DNA of 63,572 bases, the filler included, from Collodictyon triciliatum (taxonomy: Eukaryota): assembly GCA_043381765.1 (NCBI GenBank). It is 13 parts of 13 records of this genome, joined end to end, with 100 filler letters (N's around TTAATTAATTAA, not from the genome) between each part and the next. Parts side by side here need not be neighbours in the genome. Positions count along the whole stretch, not along the records: positions 10,345 to 15,416 come from JBHJMP010005518.1; positions 15,517 to 20,587 come from JBHJMP010005519.1; positions 20,688 to 25,753 come from JBHJMP010005520.1; positions 25,854 to 30,917 come from JBHJMP010005521.1; 9 more parts are not named here. The stretch is one strand, 5' to 3'. The position numbers and the translations under genes were made by a program. Below, piece after piece: positions 12,858-30,571 of this stretch. Below the pieces are notes generated by a model, which saw nothing but the letters and a program-made list of their open reading frames with translations, was not told where the DNA came from and searched no databases. The first letter of the stretch is position 1; each line of letters begins with the position of its first letter.

Positions 12858-13663
12858 TTATGCCCTAATTATAGCCTTTTCGAAAAATTGGATGCCGTTC
12901 GTTCTGTTTACAAAGAACACGTCCCCACGGATGGCAAAGCTGAAAGAGAACATCTTGATATAGTCTCGAAGCTCCGGCTGTTTGAGGTCCTTATAGCCAT
13001 CGGCTGTGATGATGACTGATAGTAAAATATATTTGGTTAATACCAATAATAAAGACAAGAATATAAGCTCATTTGATAAAGCAGCCGGCGAATGGGAATA
13101 CCAATATGACCAGGGACATAAACAAAGGTTAAAGGACGTTGCTATTATATTGTAATATTCCTAAAGTCAATATCACAGGGTGAAAGTTGTAAACAAACCG
13201 CAGTTTTCCTTGCGTGCCAGGTCCACGACAAAGTGGTCCTCGTAGCCTTTTGCCAAAGGAACTAAATTCCTGTCTCGCAGCAATTCAGGTACAACGTTGT
13301 CAGGGTCATACATACCCGGTCTTCCGTTGCGGTCCCTTGCATTCGGGTTGAGTCTCCACGAAGGAATTGTTGCCTGGTGAATGAAAAGGAAATACAAAAG
13401 GACAGTAAATTTCACAATATAAATACTAATATAATTCATGCCCAAAACTTTAATGTTCTTTAGTGTGTAAATATTATGAAATGAGGCACATAGTTCACCT
13501 GGACTCTAATACCAGCAGATTGGAAAAAATCGACCACCACTTTGATTCCTTTCATAGACATGACTTTATTATACCCATGTGCGTAGCCAATGTTGCATCC
13601 ATCTAGCATCACACCACGGAAAACTTGGCCCCTCAGATTCGGGAATTGGTGGAACAAGCACAA
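12858..13663 (-). CDS. Regnase/ZC3H12/N4BP1-type NYN (PIN-like) ribonuclease domain; further upstream exons probably extend to ~15265
   Basis: VMLDGCNIGYAHG..KGIKVVVDFF | ATIPSWR..GYEDHFVVDLARKENC | VIITADGYKDL align with Regnase-1 DGSN..VPSWR..YDDRFIVKLA..SNDTYRDL. Confidence 0.8.
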
Positions 13664-16122
13664 AGGACCTGATTGACAAATTTTAGAGGTAATGATTCAG
13701 GAAAATATTAAAGCTGGATTGGGTCATATGTTACATTGGCCACCAATACTCTACTAAATGGATAAGGTTACTCTCTTCGACTCAAAAGTTTACTGGTATA
13801 TATTCATGAAAAGCAACAACAATGACAGTATATATTTTACCCTGAATATCCAAGGGTTGTGGGTGACGGTCTGGTTCAGGAATTGGGTTTATAGGTGGAG
13901 AAATGGGTTCTTCTATTATCGTGTTTTCCGGTTGAGTAAAGAAGAAAAACAACAACAAAAAGATATAAACAAATGAACTGAAAGAAGATCAAAGTCTTCG
14001 ATCCATATTTTCTACGTCCGTTATATTGCATATTTACGGCTTGGAAAAGAAAAGAATGAAGAGATGTATGCTCAACTATACCAATCATTGGAAGAGAGTT
14101 AGCAACGCCTATGAGGACACGAATATTTCGGCTGAACGTCTCAGAATCTGTGATGACCATTCGATCCATGTTGATCTGTGCGCAATATACATAAATGTTG
14201 GATTGTGAATGAAGCGTAGAGATTGAAGTGATGTCGACAACAAGTAGATACATGGATGCGATTGAATAATGACAAACATCTAAAAATAAACTTACGCAAA
14301 CTAAAACGCCAGAGGGAAGAGATACATTTATCAACTCTTTCTTAAAAATTTCTTTTTTAAGCACAGTTGTGTACAGCTCCAAAAAGGTTGACCATTTCCC
14401 ACCAGTAACAGAATGGTACTCTAGCTCGAAGGTAAAGAACGAGTTTTTCTTGGACCTGTAAAATAATAATAATGATAATAAAAGTAAAAATACATTCAGG
14501 ATATGCAGAATGTGAATTGACTGCTTATTCCAAATAAAAACGCATGTACCGTTGAGTCGAATAAAGGAAAAAAAATAAGAACACGTGCAATTAGAAAGAA
14601 TATTGTCACAGTAGTAAAAAAAAAAGAAAAAGAAAAAAGAAGAGCTTTTCTAAGCGAATAAAAGCAAAGCAAAATAGAAATGATGGGGTTTCAAGTTTAA
14701 AACTCTGAGAAACCATACAGGAAGTTTTTCATGGCCTCTTCACAAGCATAGATACATAGGACTTCTGAAGTTGCGTCGAAATTGATAAGTACACCTATAA
14801 TTATTATTTATCAATTTAACAAAACGACCAGCAATCTCCGGACATATCGGTGGTATATTTGAATCATGAATAGCATTATGTGATACAATCTCACCTGCAG
14901 CTTTGGAGACTTCACCAAGCCTCCCGAAGTCATTGCTGGAGGCAAGCGCAGTCCTTTTGCAAGTCGCCACCTGTGTATCAATGTTTAGAGTTAAGAGAGG
15001 ACACACGGATGGCGAATAGCAACCACTGCAGTCCTGAATACAAAAACATAGCAATGTCGTTAGAGGAGTAGGCGGCGACATACACAAGATGGGGACATGA
15101 TGGACTTGATGAACCACTGAAAATTAGTCGCCGCGAGTACAGTGGGGGCCCCACGAAAACTATTCCACCTTCCTCGTTTTCAACCTGCAGTTTGATTCGT
15201 TAGTTTGTAGCAGATTCTCCACAACGTTTCCTCGATTGTCCTTGTGTTATTTGCGAGTAGAGCATTATGATGACTCTACAAAATAAAAAGAAGAAAAAGA
15301 AAAAGAAAAAGAAAAAGAGAAAAAGAGAAAAAGAAAAAGAGAAAAAGAAAAAGAGAAAAAGAAAAAGAGAAAAAGAAAAAGAGAAAAAGAAAAAGAGAAA
15401 AAGAAAAAGAGAAAAANNNNNNNNNNNNNNNNNNNNNNNNNNNNNNNNNNNNNNNNNNNNTTAATTAATTAANNNNNNNNNNNNNNNNNNNNNNNNNNNN
15501 NNNNNNNNNNNNNNNNGAAGAAGAAGAAGAAGAAGAAGAAGAAGAAGAAGAAGAAGAAGAAGAAGAAGAAGAAGAAGAAGAAGAAGAAGAAGAAGAAGAA
15601 GAAGAAGAAGAAGAGCTATTGATGTAATAACACGAAACACCTCCTGACAAGGCAGGTCTTTCCGCTCCCAGCAGAGCCCACAACGAGAATCTTGAGAGAC
15701 ACCTCTGAGCGCTTGGAGCCCCTTGCCTTTGAGTTCTTGCCCGGCTGCGACATCAAAAACTGGGATTTCGATCAGGAATGATTTTTCGTTAAACTTGAGA
15801 GCGTGCCTTGTTCTTTGTGCTCTGGGAGGACTTGGACACTTTTCCGGCGGCTGTTACCAACAGATGAAGAATTTTCGATGTGCGTCTAGCTTGAATTGAC
15901 ATATAGGAAGCGATCATTCCAGGTAATTGCGATTAAATGAAGGATATTATGTGATTATTATAAATCCCACAAATAGTCAAAATGATGGGAATAGGAACAT
16001 TATTTTTGACTTTTGATGGGTTTGATTGTGTGTGTGACTGATATGTTGCGCAGAACAAACCGTGCGAAAGGTTTGATCTTTGCAGTGTGTTCATCGCCGT
16101 TCTGCTCTTGCGAAGTATATAT

Positions 16123-17300
16123 TATTCTTCCTTTCAATTTTGTGCAGGATGGTGAAGATGTTGGATTTGGTTCGCTAGCCATCGTTTGCACTAGCGCTAC
16201 TTGTTGGCCGGGTGGCGGAGAAGTAGTCGGTAATCAGGAATTGCATCCTGCGCTTTGGCCTGTAGCCTGGGTCTTGTGCTTGCATGAGAGATACAAGGCG
16301 AGGTTTAATTTCTTTCTCAGCCTCTTTCCACATGTTTCTTCTCACGGGGTCTGAGTAGTAGAGAACGTGCAGGTGGCGAATAAAGTTGTTGTGGAAAGAG
16401 ATTTGTATGATGTCATTCAGCCTATTATCAGGAATGGGTGGCTGGTTGTTGAGTCTTGCTTTGTGTGAGTGTGTGCGCGCTATCCACATAGTCCATAGCA
16501 AATGGCCTCGCGTCACTGTCCAGAATGTTTTTGCATCTGGACGCAGCTGTTGCAGAGGCCCAAATATCCCCTGGATTGGGCCAACAACAGCCGCAGCCGT
16601 CTTGAGTGTCAGTCGAAGAATCTCACCGGCTGTTTCGCGCAGGTTTTGAGCGAAGGGACATTTCACAAATGTGTGCTCAATGGATTCATCACCGTTGCTG
16701 CAAAGTGTGCATTGTTGGGAGACTTTGCCAGCTTTTGCCGCGCGTGTGCCTATCAATAGCTCCCTATTGGTGATATGAAGCATTGGAGAGCGGTGATTTG
16801 GAAGGACTTGCGGGGTTCGTGCTTGTCTCCAGCTCGCGGTGAGCGGGGTGTGGGTGATGCCTAGTGTTTCTCCCCATCGTTGATGTTTTGACTTTTTGTA
16901 GGGTGTCGGCGGCGATATTTTGTATCGAAAGAATTTGGAGTAGGCCATAGCCATCGAGGACTGCATAGAATGCATACCGTTAGACGAGCGTTTGTTCTTG
17001 AGGCGGAAAAAGAATGGCGACGGGATGTCGTATGTGATAGGTCTGCGTGAGCGCCATTTCCCTTTGTTATTCAGGACGGCTGTGGTTGGCTGTGCATCTT
17101 GTGTGCGGAATGTGGTGGAGCCTGGTGTTGTGATGTACGAGCCGTCTTCTTTGAATGAGATTTCTCTGATGGTGGCCGCGTTGCCTTCGTGAACCTGTTT
17201 GATGAAGCAGAGAAGCCTTTCTGGTTGTCTCAGCATATTTGCCCTGCTGCCAATCGCTCGTTCAGGGGTATTGACATTTCGCAGTGGTTATACAGAATCT
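16123..17300 (-). mobile_element. Non-LTR retrotransposon (L1/Tx1-like) 3' fragment: ORF2 C-terminus with zf-RVT plus 3' UTR
   Basis: CTLCSNGDESIEHTFVKCPFAQNL and LWTMWIART motifs typical of the LINE ORF2 C-terminal zinc finger; its 3' end recurs at 56369-56435. Confidence 0.8.
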
Positions 17301-17724
17301 GCCAACGCGAGAGCAAAGGCTCTGGTGTGTTTGGTGGTGGTCGTGGGATTGTTCTTTGATGCAACTGTGTTCTGAAGTCTGCACACAGTTTGGTGATGAG
17401 TTTCCACATGGTGATAGTATAGAACTTGGATAAATTTTATGCTGTTTGTGCCGCATAAAATTACATCATGTGAGATCTGCCCTTGGGCTCCGATTCAATA
17501 GAGCAAGTTTAATAAAGATATGATGGGATGTGGAAGACCTAAGAAAAGTTTCAAGTCGCCAAAAATATATGATTAAAAAGGATATGCCAAAACTGATTCC
17601 TTATGATTAATAGTTCAACTCCATCGCGGTTAATCTTTGAATAATCTCAGAAAGTGAATAATCGAGTCACAACTAGGTTCTAATCTCTTTTTTCGATGTT
17701 TCCCCTCATTTTTATGTTTTTTGT

Positions 17725-17800
17725 CGGGTTGTTGGGTTGTTGGGTTGTTGGGTTGTTGGTTTGTTGGGTTGTTAGTTTGTTGGGTTGTTAGTTTGTTGGG
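17725..17800. repeat. (GTTGTTGG)n-like minisatellite
   Basis: Directly visible degenerate 8-mer array. Confidence 0.8.
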
Positions 17801-18000
17801 TTTCCTTTAAAATTGTGCAAGTTGGGAGATGTTGTGCATTAATCCCCCGCCTTATGTATTTGTCAATAGTTTTCTAGTGTCGTGTTGTGGCGTGTCTTAT
17901 CGCGTCGTGGTGTGTCTTGCCAAGTTTATTTTTGTTGACAAATTCGAAATTTGAGCGGTATGTGATTTGCAATCATTTTTACGATGTGGTCAGAGAACAA

Positions 18001-18045
18001 TTGTGGAATTTATAACTCAATATTATATAGTTATAAATTCCACAA
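18001..18045. repeat. Perfect inverted repeat, 17-bp arms, 11-nt loop
   Basis: TTGTGGAATTTATAACT (18001-18017) / AGTTATAAATTCCACAA (18029-18045). Confidence 0.9.
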
Positions 18046-18614
18046 CAATTTCAGTGTTTTTTTTAGGGGAGCATAAATCATCCCAAGCGGACGACAGTTG
18101 AATGTCAATAGCTTGCGCCGCGTTTGACATGGAATTTTTCTTATACATATTAGAAAAGAAGAGAGGGGAAATAAAATCTTCCCACTAATATGGCTCTATG
18201 TGTTAAATATTAATCGCAATAGAAAGCAGGGCCCTTCTCCACACAAGAGGCATGGAACACTTCCAAACAATCCAGGTGTCCCAAATGACTTGATTATTGA
18301 ATAAAGTGTAGCAGGTACTGGCGTTGTGTACACCCAAAAGATCAAAGAAAATTAAAGTTTGCAGTATCGTTTTACATATATTCTTTTTTCTCAGTCCACG
18401 CAAGATGGTGGGCGTTTCGACTTTGGCTCGGCAGTCTTCATAGTGCCATTATTTTTCCCTTGACAGTTCACACAGCGCCCTTTATTGCCAAGTGCGCATT
18501 ATTGACCCATTGCGGTCAGAAGATATCAGGCCACCATACTGTGAGCCTCTCTGGCGTTTAGCCACGAGAGAATCGTGTTATCTGTCACCGCTTACATCTT
18601 TTTATCTTATATAG

Positions 18615-20587
18615 ATGGCCAGCTACAAGACGCCATCCGGTTACGAACTCCACTTTGGCACAGAGGCGGATCAGTTTGGGCGGGCCTTCGAGTCATCAGA
18701 AGCCGCATGGACTATTACAAGGCCAACCGACCCACAATCGCAGGACTTGGCTGTGCTGTCTTGCGATTCGGACGAGACTGCAAGCACCTCCTCTGAGGTC
18801 GAAGCAAATGAGAGATTGATTCCTGACGAGATGAAGGTCAGCGAGGCCACCGTCAGACCAAAGATATTCACGTTAAGGGAGAAGCTGTGGAGCCACGCGC
18901 TAATGCACGCGAACCACCTGTGGAAGCAGTGGGTGAAGGTGGTGATGTTCCTGGTGGTGATCATTCTGACGGCGGTGCTGATGCGCGGGGAGTGGGCGTT
19001 CATGGACCACATGCAATGGTACCTGCTGTGGTGCCTGGTGATCTCGATGGGGCTGCTTGCGCTGCGCATCTCGTCGCCGGACATCATCCTGTGGCTCATG
19101 GTTGCCCTGATGGTCCTGCACAACGACACGGTCGAGCCCAGGAGATACTACACGGGGATGAGCAACGAGTCGGTGGTGACGTTCATCCTCGTGACCACGG
19201 TCTTTGCGTCGGTGGAGTACGTGGGGCTGCTGGACCGCGTGCTGCATCACTACTTCCACCCGGTGGGCAGCCGCCTGGGCGGGCAGCTGATGGCGCTGCT
19301 CATGGCCGCGGGGCTCTCGGCCTTCTTCGACAGCCACATCATCCTGCAGCGCCTGATCCCGCCCGTGCGCGAGTGGGCCCTGCGCAGCCACATCCCGCTG
19401 CCCCAGGTGATGCTGCCGCTGGCATACGCCGTGCAGGCGGGCGGCTGCCTGACCATCCTCGGCTCCTTCCAGACCATGACGCTGCGCGGCCTGGGCATCG
19501 TGGCCTTCCCCGCGCTGCAGATCCCCATCTTTGAGATTGGTCGCGTCGCCATTGTCGTCTGCGGCATCGTCCTCGTCTACACGTGGCTGCTCTCGCCCTG
19601 GCTGCTGCCCGACCGCCGCGAATCCGCCTCCTCCGACAAGCGCGACCTGCGCGAGTACACCGTCGCCGTCGTCGTTAAAAAGTCCAGCCCCACCGTCGGC
19701 AAGACCATCGAGGCGGCCGGCCTGCGCAACCTGCCCGGCGTCTTCCTCGTCGAAATCCGCCGCCTCGAGGGCGAGCTGCTCCCGGCCCCGGCCGACTCCG
19801 TCTTCATCCACGCGGGCGACCGCCTGACCTTTGCCGGCGACATGGACACCGTGCAGGCGCTGTGGAAGACAAAGGGCTTTGCCCCAACCTTCATCCCCGC
19901 CGATGACGATAACGCTGGTGCAGACAACGACGGCGAGAAGCGCTCGCTGGCCCAGGACCTGCTCAACCCCATGCGCAGGGTCATTGTCGAGGTCTCCATC
20001 TCCATGCACTCCCCCTTAATCGGCCTGACTGTCGGGGACGCCCAGTTCTTCTCCCGCTACGGCGCCGCCATCATCGCCATCCACCGCTTCGGCCACCGCC
20101 TGACCGGCAAGATAGGCGACATGGTTGTCGAGGGCGGCGACGCCTACCTCCTCGAGACTACAAGCCGCTTCCTCGACAAGTACAAGGACCACCACCACTT
20201 CTCCCTCGTATGCGAGGTCTCCGAGTCTGCCCATATTGTCCCCAACAAGCTCAAGATGCTCGTCACCCTTGGCGGCGTCGTCACCATGTTCAGCTTCATC
20301 GCCCTCGACATGTGGCAGTACGGCACAAACGCCCTCGGCTGCGTCTACTTCCTCATGCTATTCCGCTGCCTCCCAGTCCCGGTCTTCCGCAAGGCCTTCC
20401 GTGGCTCCCTCATCCTGGAAATGACCGCCCCTTTCACCATATACTACATCCTTGATACCTATGGCATCACTACTCAGATAGGCATGGACTTTGTCGACCA
20501 CTTCGAGACTGCCTGGGGTCTCCTGTGGGCCGTCTACCTCTTCTCCTCTGTCCTCTGCGTCCTCGTCGGCCCCGCTGCAACCATCGC
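18615..20587 (+). CDS. SLC13/CitMHS-type permease with two TrkA-C domains (SLT/SAC1-like), truncated by contig end
   Basis: Multiple TM segments, then LPDR..REY..VGKTIEAAGLRNLPGVFLVEIRR..GDRLTFAGD, a second TrkA-C SPLIGLTVGDAQFFSRYGAAIIAIHRFG..GDAYLLE, then further TM segments. Confidence 0.9.
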
Positions 20588-21375
20588 NNNNNNNNNNNNN
20601 NNNNNNNNNNNNNNNNNNNNNNNNNNNNNNNTTAATTAATTAANNNNNNNNNNNNNNNNNNNNNNNNNNNNNNNNNNNNNNNNNNNNTTCATTACACAAC
20701 CAAGAATTAGAACTGGAATTTATGCCTACATTGAAGATAAAATAGAAGTATCTGGTGCGATTTTAACATCTGAAGGAAATTATTCTTGTGAAAAGTGAAG
20801 CAAACGAAGGGCAACAAATTCGTTGTTTTTGCATAACGAAATAAAGGTTTCCACTGCTCTGCGAATAATTCAGGACGATGACCGGGACGCATCGATGTTG
20901 ATTCAGAATAAACCACAACAATGCATATCAGAAATTATCACTTGCATATAATTATTATTGCGTATTTACAAAAGAAAAGAAAAAGAAAAAACTCCCTCGA
21001 TTCAGACAAAACTTGTGTGCAATGGAATAAATTTTGAAACGCCGTCTGAGGAAGACTTTGCAGTCTACCCGCGAACAATAACGATAATATCTGATGCAGA
21101 GCAGACGAGATGCGCTTTACCACAAATGGACTTCAGCAAAAGAATCATAATCACCTTGACCAGCGTATCCTGAGACTTGATATATTGGCCATGTAACTCG
21201 GTAAGTGATAAAGAAGGGGTTCGCTCGGTGGCTTTGGCAAGAACACACCATGGATGATAGACAGAATACATTTTTCATCCAGAATCTAGATGAGGCAGTC
21301 GTTGGTGTCTATCTCCCTCTGGGTTTGTGTTTCTGGCTCAATGTCCAACGGCGCAGCTGACAAACTGGTTCTGAA

Positions 21376-22350
21376 TTACTGGAGGACGGAGGAATTCCCC
21401 TCACGCAAGCACAATACAAATATGTGTCCAAAGAGAAACACGTGGTTGTATCGGCCAAAGCCCATGTAATGCTGAAACGTTCGGTGCCTATGCGTCTGCT
21501 CGTGCAACATAGACCGCATAGTGGGCAACAGGAGAGGTATTTCCAAGCCGTTGGCGTTGTTCTGAGTCTGCCTGAGCCCAGTAGATAGCTGAGCGTCTGC
21601 CCACCCGTGACAATTTTGAAGCAAGATGGATTGGATGGAATGGTATGGTTCGTAAGGGAGATGAACCGCGCTACGTCCAGCAGGCTAGATGTTGTATCCC
21701 ATTAGCTGTTGCTTTGGGTATTCAATGGCATAAAGCTGCCGAAACAGGTGGCGGCTTCTGCATCACAGGTGGCCCTTCTCCAACTGAGACTGTGATTGCG
21801 TTCGGATGTAATACGAAGCCAACCTGCTATCAGTCAGGGCTGCAGAAAATGCGACAAAATATTTTGGTGGGACTGAAGTTGTAGTTGAATGCGGCGTCGT
21901 AAGTTGGGTTTATCTGCGCAGGCTCGACGGAGGCTGAATCCGAGGCTGTGTGTGTGGTGGCTAAGTCGCTCGAAGCGCATCAATAAACGCCTGGTCGAGC
22001 ACCAGGCCCTCACCGATGAGCGATTTGCTTAGCGGCCTGCGTAGAGCAGAGCCTGCAAACGGATTTGGCTGAAGAGGCTAAGGCAACGATGGCAGACGCG
22101 GGCTAGTTTGTGTCCAGTTTGGTCGTGTTTGCAGCTGGGCTGGTGAGATGAGGAGCAGGTTGGCAATCAGCTGTGGATGCAGTTGCTTGGTTCTGGATGT
22201 ACTTGTTTGAGGTAGTTGTCTCCGCGGTCTGCTGTGGATATCCTGGTTCATCGAGGTTGCGAAATGAACTGATGTGCTCCGTGGTTGCCTTTGGTTTGTG
22301 AGACGTGTGTGTTTGGATGGATACCTTCGAGTGGGTAATGCAAAAATGCA
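21376..22350 (-). mobile_element. Heavily decayed non-LTR retrotransposon ORF2 C-terminal remnant
   Basis: Broken frames including FKIVTG..CPLCG; composition resembles the 16-17 kb LINE fragment. Weak. Confidence 0.35.
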
Positions 22351-22539
22351 AGGATTCGTGTTGCAGTGGTCAGAATGGCAGACGGGCTATTACTGCTAAT
22401 AAATGACAAAGTAAACATTACCGACCGTATTATACTTCTCGCTCATGATAGTAATCGGTGTAATCCACGACCCGTCGAAGGCTTTGCAAGCAGCAGCCAG
22501 TTCTTCTGGTTGCAACGCTGGTGCGGAAAAAACCCCGAG

Positions 22540-23807
22540 TTGTACGTAAGTCTAGGAAGACCCGTGCAAGGAAGCCGCCTGCAAGTCTGTCTGAGCGGAC
22601 AGTATTTTTTGCGCGAGGTCGAGCAAGTCGTTTACAACAAGAACAAGGCCCGCAGGCTCACAGATGCGCTCGCCTCCCTTCTTGAAAGCGAACAAACTTT
22701 GGGAAGAGTCCATCCAATTGCGCTTACCGGACAGCGAAGACTTTCGCTTGATTGCCTTCCGCACTGCAGAGAACGCCCGAAAGCTTCTGGAGCTGAAGTA
22801 GGTAAGTTTGATCGATATTACAATCAGCTTCAGCAGAAGTAAACCAACAGAGACCTCGGTGATGATCTACCAACTACCGCTGGACGTGTGGCCGCAAATC
22901 ATTCGTGAGAAGCTGAAGCCGTTCAGACCGACCCACGTGGACATCAAAAAGGACAAAGGCTTCTTCACAGACACGGCCGTGGTGAAGCTTCTTTGTCACA
23001 AGAACCAGCTCCCTGCAAGGCTTACGGTCATGGGCAAAATGAGTCCAAAGTGCATCCTCAAAGAGCGTCCGCCAGCCGCGAACAACGAACGAGAAGTAAA
23101 AGCCCCGCAAAAGAATACACCCGCCAAGCAGACAAGCAGCAACGGGGTCAAGGAAGCTAAGGCCAGGCAACATCAGAATCCGCAAAACTCACAGCAGATA
23201 CGCGCATACAGCGACAGCGACGATGACACGGAAGGAAATCTCGGTTCCTCTTCAGAATCCTCGCATTCGAGCATCCAACGCCAACACCGGACAAGCCTGC
23301 ACATCGCAAGACCCAAGAGCAACGCATCTCCAAACCCCGAATGAAATCCCCTTAAACCACTCATTCAGTCTGACGTGAATATGGTTAAAATAAGAAGGCA
23401 TCAAGGTAGTCTTCGTTACTTATCCGAAAGGATACTCCAAAGCGAAGGCATCACAAGAACCAGCGCCCACCAAAGATAGTCCGTTTACCCTGCCCCAACC
23501 CGTCGCACCGAGAACCAAGGAGCAAGAGCAGACACCACAAGTCGAATCCAAGCTTAGAGCTTCACACACCAACGACAGTCCGAGCAAGCAGGAGCGTATG
23601 TTTCTAAAACCACAAATGTATATCCATACTCCGGTTAAGCAAAGTCCACTGCCGGCTACGCAAGGTTCCGAAAACAAGGAACGGTCAAGTGCCACTTCCA
23701 ATAATACCAGACAAACAACGATGTATCGCTTTTTGTCTGAGTCGCCCAGCAAGAAAAACAAGGAAAGTGACCCGTTGTCTCCTCAAAAGACTCATCCAGT
23801 GGAATGA
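22540..23807 (+). mobile_element. Frameshifted LINE ORF1-like (RRM-type) sequence
   Basis: VMIYQLPLDVWPQIIREKLKPF..GFFTDTAVVKL..LPARLTVMG followed by a long low-complexity Ser/Pro/Lys tail; intronless, with disablements. Confidence 0.5.
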
Positions 23808-24469
23808 AATAGGATGTAAAACTTACCTGAGATAGACAGCTGAAAAGACTCGTCGGAATCGATTTGAGAAGTAACTTCCATGTGCGTACTTTCATCGACC
23901 CGACAACTATATCCGCTCTTCTGTCAGTCTCGAATACAACCAGAAATCACGTTGGAGTTGAAACACTTCGGATAGAATAGTCTGTGTGTGAGAAGACTTT
24001 CTCTCTTCTCCCTTTTATATTTTTTTTTATTCTTTTCTTTCAAAACAAAAAACTCCAACCACACAATCCGGGGTATTCCACTGTCTCGTTTACAAACATA
24101 TTTGACCTAGAGGCGAAAGGCGATTTCCTCGGCTTTGTTTGTTTCTTTCTTTTCTGAATAAGCGGACTGTAGATATCAACAAATAGAATACCAAGTTTCG
24201 TCCTGGACGGACTCAACATGCCGAGCAAGACCTTCACGTATGGCCTGAGCATTGCAGAGGTACCACAACTAGGAGAAGCAGCTACAAAGACTTCAATCAC
24301 ATTTCAGCCCACCACAAATGGTTCATTATCCCAAAGAAGTTGCACAGACCAAGAGGAATCATCATCTCCGCAGTCTCATCACGATTGTGGACTATGAAAG
24401 GCCTTTCTGTGAGGCTCTTCACCGGCACTTCAATCTTGACGGTAGCATCTGCAGAAAAAAGTGTAAGAG

Positions 24470-24730
24470 CTGCCAGCCCAACCATCCGTACTCTGTTACT
24501 TTAAATAACCAAGGAAACTTATGCGCGGCCGACTCCGGAAACCAAGGGTTCCAGAAGTTGAACAGAAAGGGCGAGTTTGCTGCTTTCATCGGAGATGAAG
24601 ACAAAAGGAGCATCTCCATCAAGACGATTGCCAACCGCGTCTGCCAACAAAGAAGATAATCATTTGGTTCTGCGAGCCGGCTCCGATAGAGTTCGTATCT
24701 TCTCCAAGGGCGGGTCTTTGGAGATGGAGC
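24470..24730 (+). pseudogene. Degenerate NHL-repeat coding fragment
   Basis: NHPYSVTLNNQGNLCAADSGNQGFQKLNRKGEF, then a frameshifted second repeat ..GSDRVRIFSKGG. Confidence 0.55.
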
Positions 24731-25658
24731 CAAGCTGGAAGTTGCAACAAGAGCCGACGCCAGGCCGCATGCACTCCGCGCCTCACCCAGAGTCTTTGGG
24801 GGGTTGTGAGAACAGGTCCGGGCTATCGTCTTAAACGCCTGCCAAGGGCGTAGTTCAGCACTGCATCTTCCTGGACAGCTGCTTGGGTGCCTGCTTTGGC
24901 TTGGCGGCACTTTCGTCGCTACGAGCCTCTTGCAAAAGTCAGTCGCTTCCTCCTCTGCTGACTCCCAACGGCTCTTCCTTTTTCCGTCTCGCCCGTTGCC
25001 TTTTCTTCGCCTGGCGTGGCTCTGCTTGCTTGGAGAGAGTACTGAGGCGTGCGACGGACGAAGGCAAAGACAAGCAACGAATGCAACACGAAGCAGGCAA
25101 GCTGGGAAAACGCTTGCAAAGCAGGTTGTGTAGACACGATCGCGACGTCAGGTTGCCTCGGTGTCTGTTTGTTGGCTGGAAGAAGCGCTCGTGTCTCGCT
25201 GCGTTTCCTTCCATACTTTTATTGTGCCAGCCAGAGTGAAGAGAGTCGGGCGGTTTGTCCCAACGATCGCAGGCGCTTATTGCTCCACAAACAACCCGCA
25301 AGGCTTCTCTTCCACCGCGGCATTCCTCAAACCTCCCCAACATGCGTTCTGCCGCCGCAGTGAACGAGAAAGAATATACCAGGCAACATTGAAGCCGAGA
25401 ATGAAGCTAATGAAATGATATATGTGTATACAGCAAATATGTATGGATGAGACAAATGACACAAGCACATGAAATAAATCGAATAGAGCGGCAGATGGAC
25501 AGAAGCAGGCCGGGTGGTAGTCCATCAGACTATGCAAGCTCTTCAAGAAGCACACCAGAGCCATCCAGAACAACAACCAGCTCTTCAGGCTCTGTCTCCA
25601 GTGTCCTCCCGTCTGTCTTTTGCGACTTGACATATCATTTTGTCAATATGTATTGAAT

Positions 25659-25753
<95 letters not shown>

Positions 25754-26149
25754 NNNNNNNNNNNNNNNNNNNNNNNNNNNNNNNNNNNNNNNNNNNNTTA
25801 ATTAATTAANNNNNNNNNNNNNNNNNNNNNNNNNNNNNNNNNNNNNNNNNNNNAGAAAGAGAGAAAGAGAGAAAGAGAGAAAGAGAGAAAGAGAGAAAGA
25901 GAGAAAGAGAGAAAGAGAGAAAGAGAGAAAGAGAGAAAGAGAGAAAGAGAATATATATTATTGTTTGATGGTTTGAATGAATAAAAAAGGTAAGACGGGC
26001 AACGTAAGATACATAACTCTCAATATGACGATAGTAAATGAAGGAGCAGAAGGGGACTATAAGACGAGCGTATGTGGTTGTGGCTATATATTATTTCTTC
26101 TAAGTTGAATAACTAACAGGGAGCTCTGCTTTTAAAATCCAAGTCATTT

Positions 26150-30571
<4,422 letters not shown>

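Noticed and set aside
18671-20455. Long overlapping and antisense ORFs inside the permease gene
   Set aside because: Shadow ORFs expected from high GC at third codon positions.
18880-20587. Bacterial contamination or recent horizontal transfer as the explanation for the GC-rich permease
   Set aside because: It is contiguous with host-like AT-rich DNA and a LINE fragment, and the spliced bHLH gene has similarly GC-rich exons. Composition alone is insufficient.
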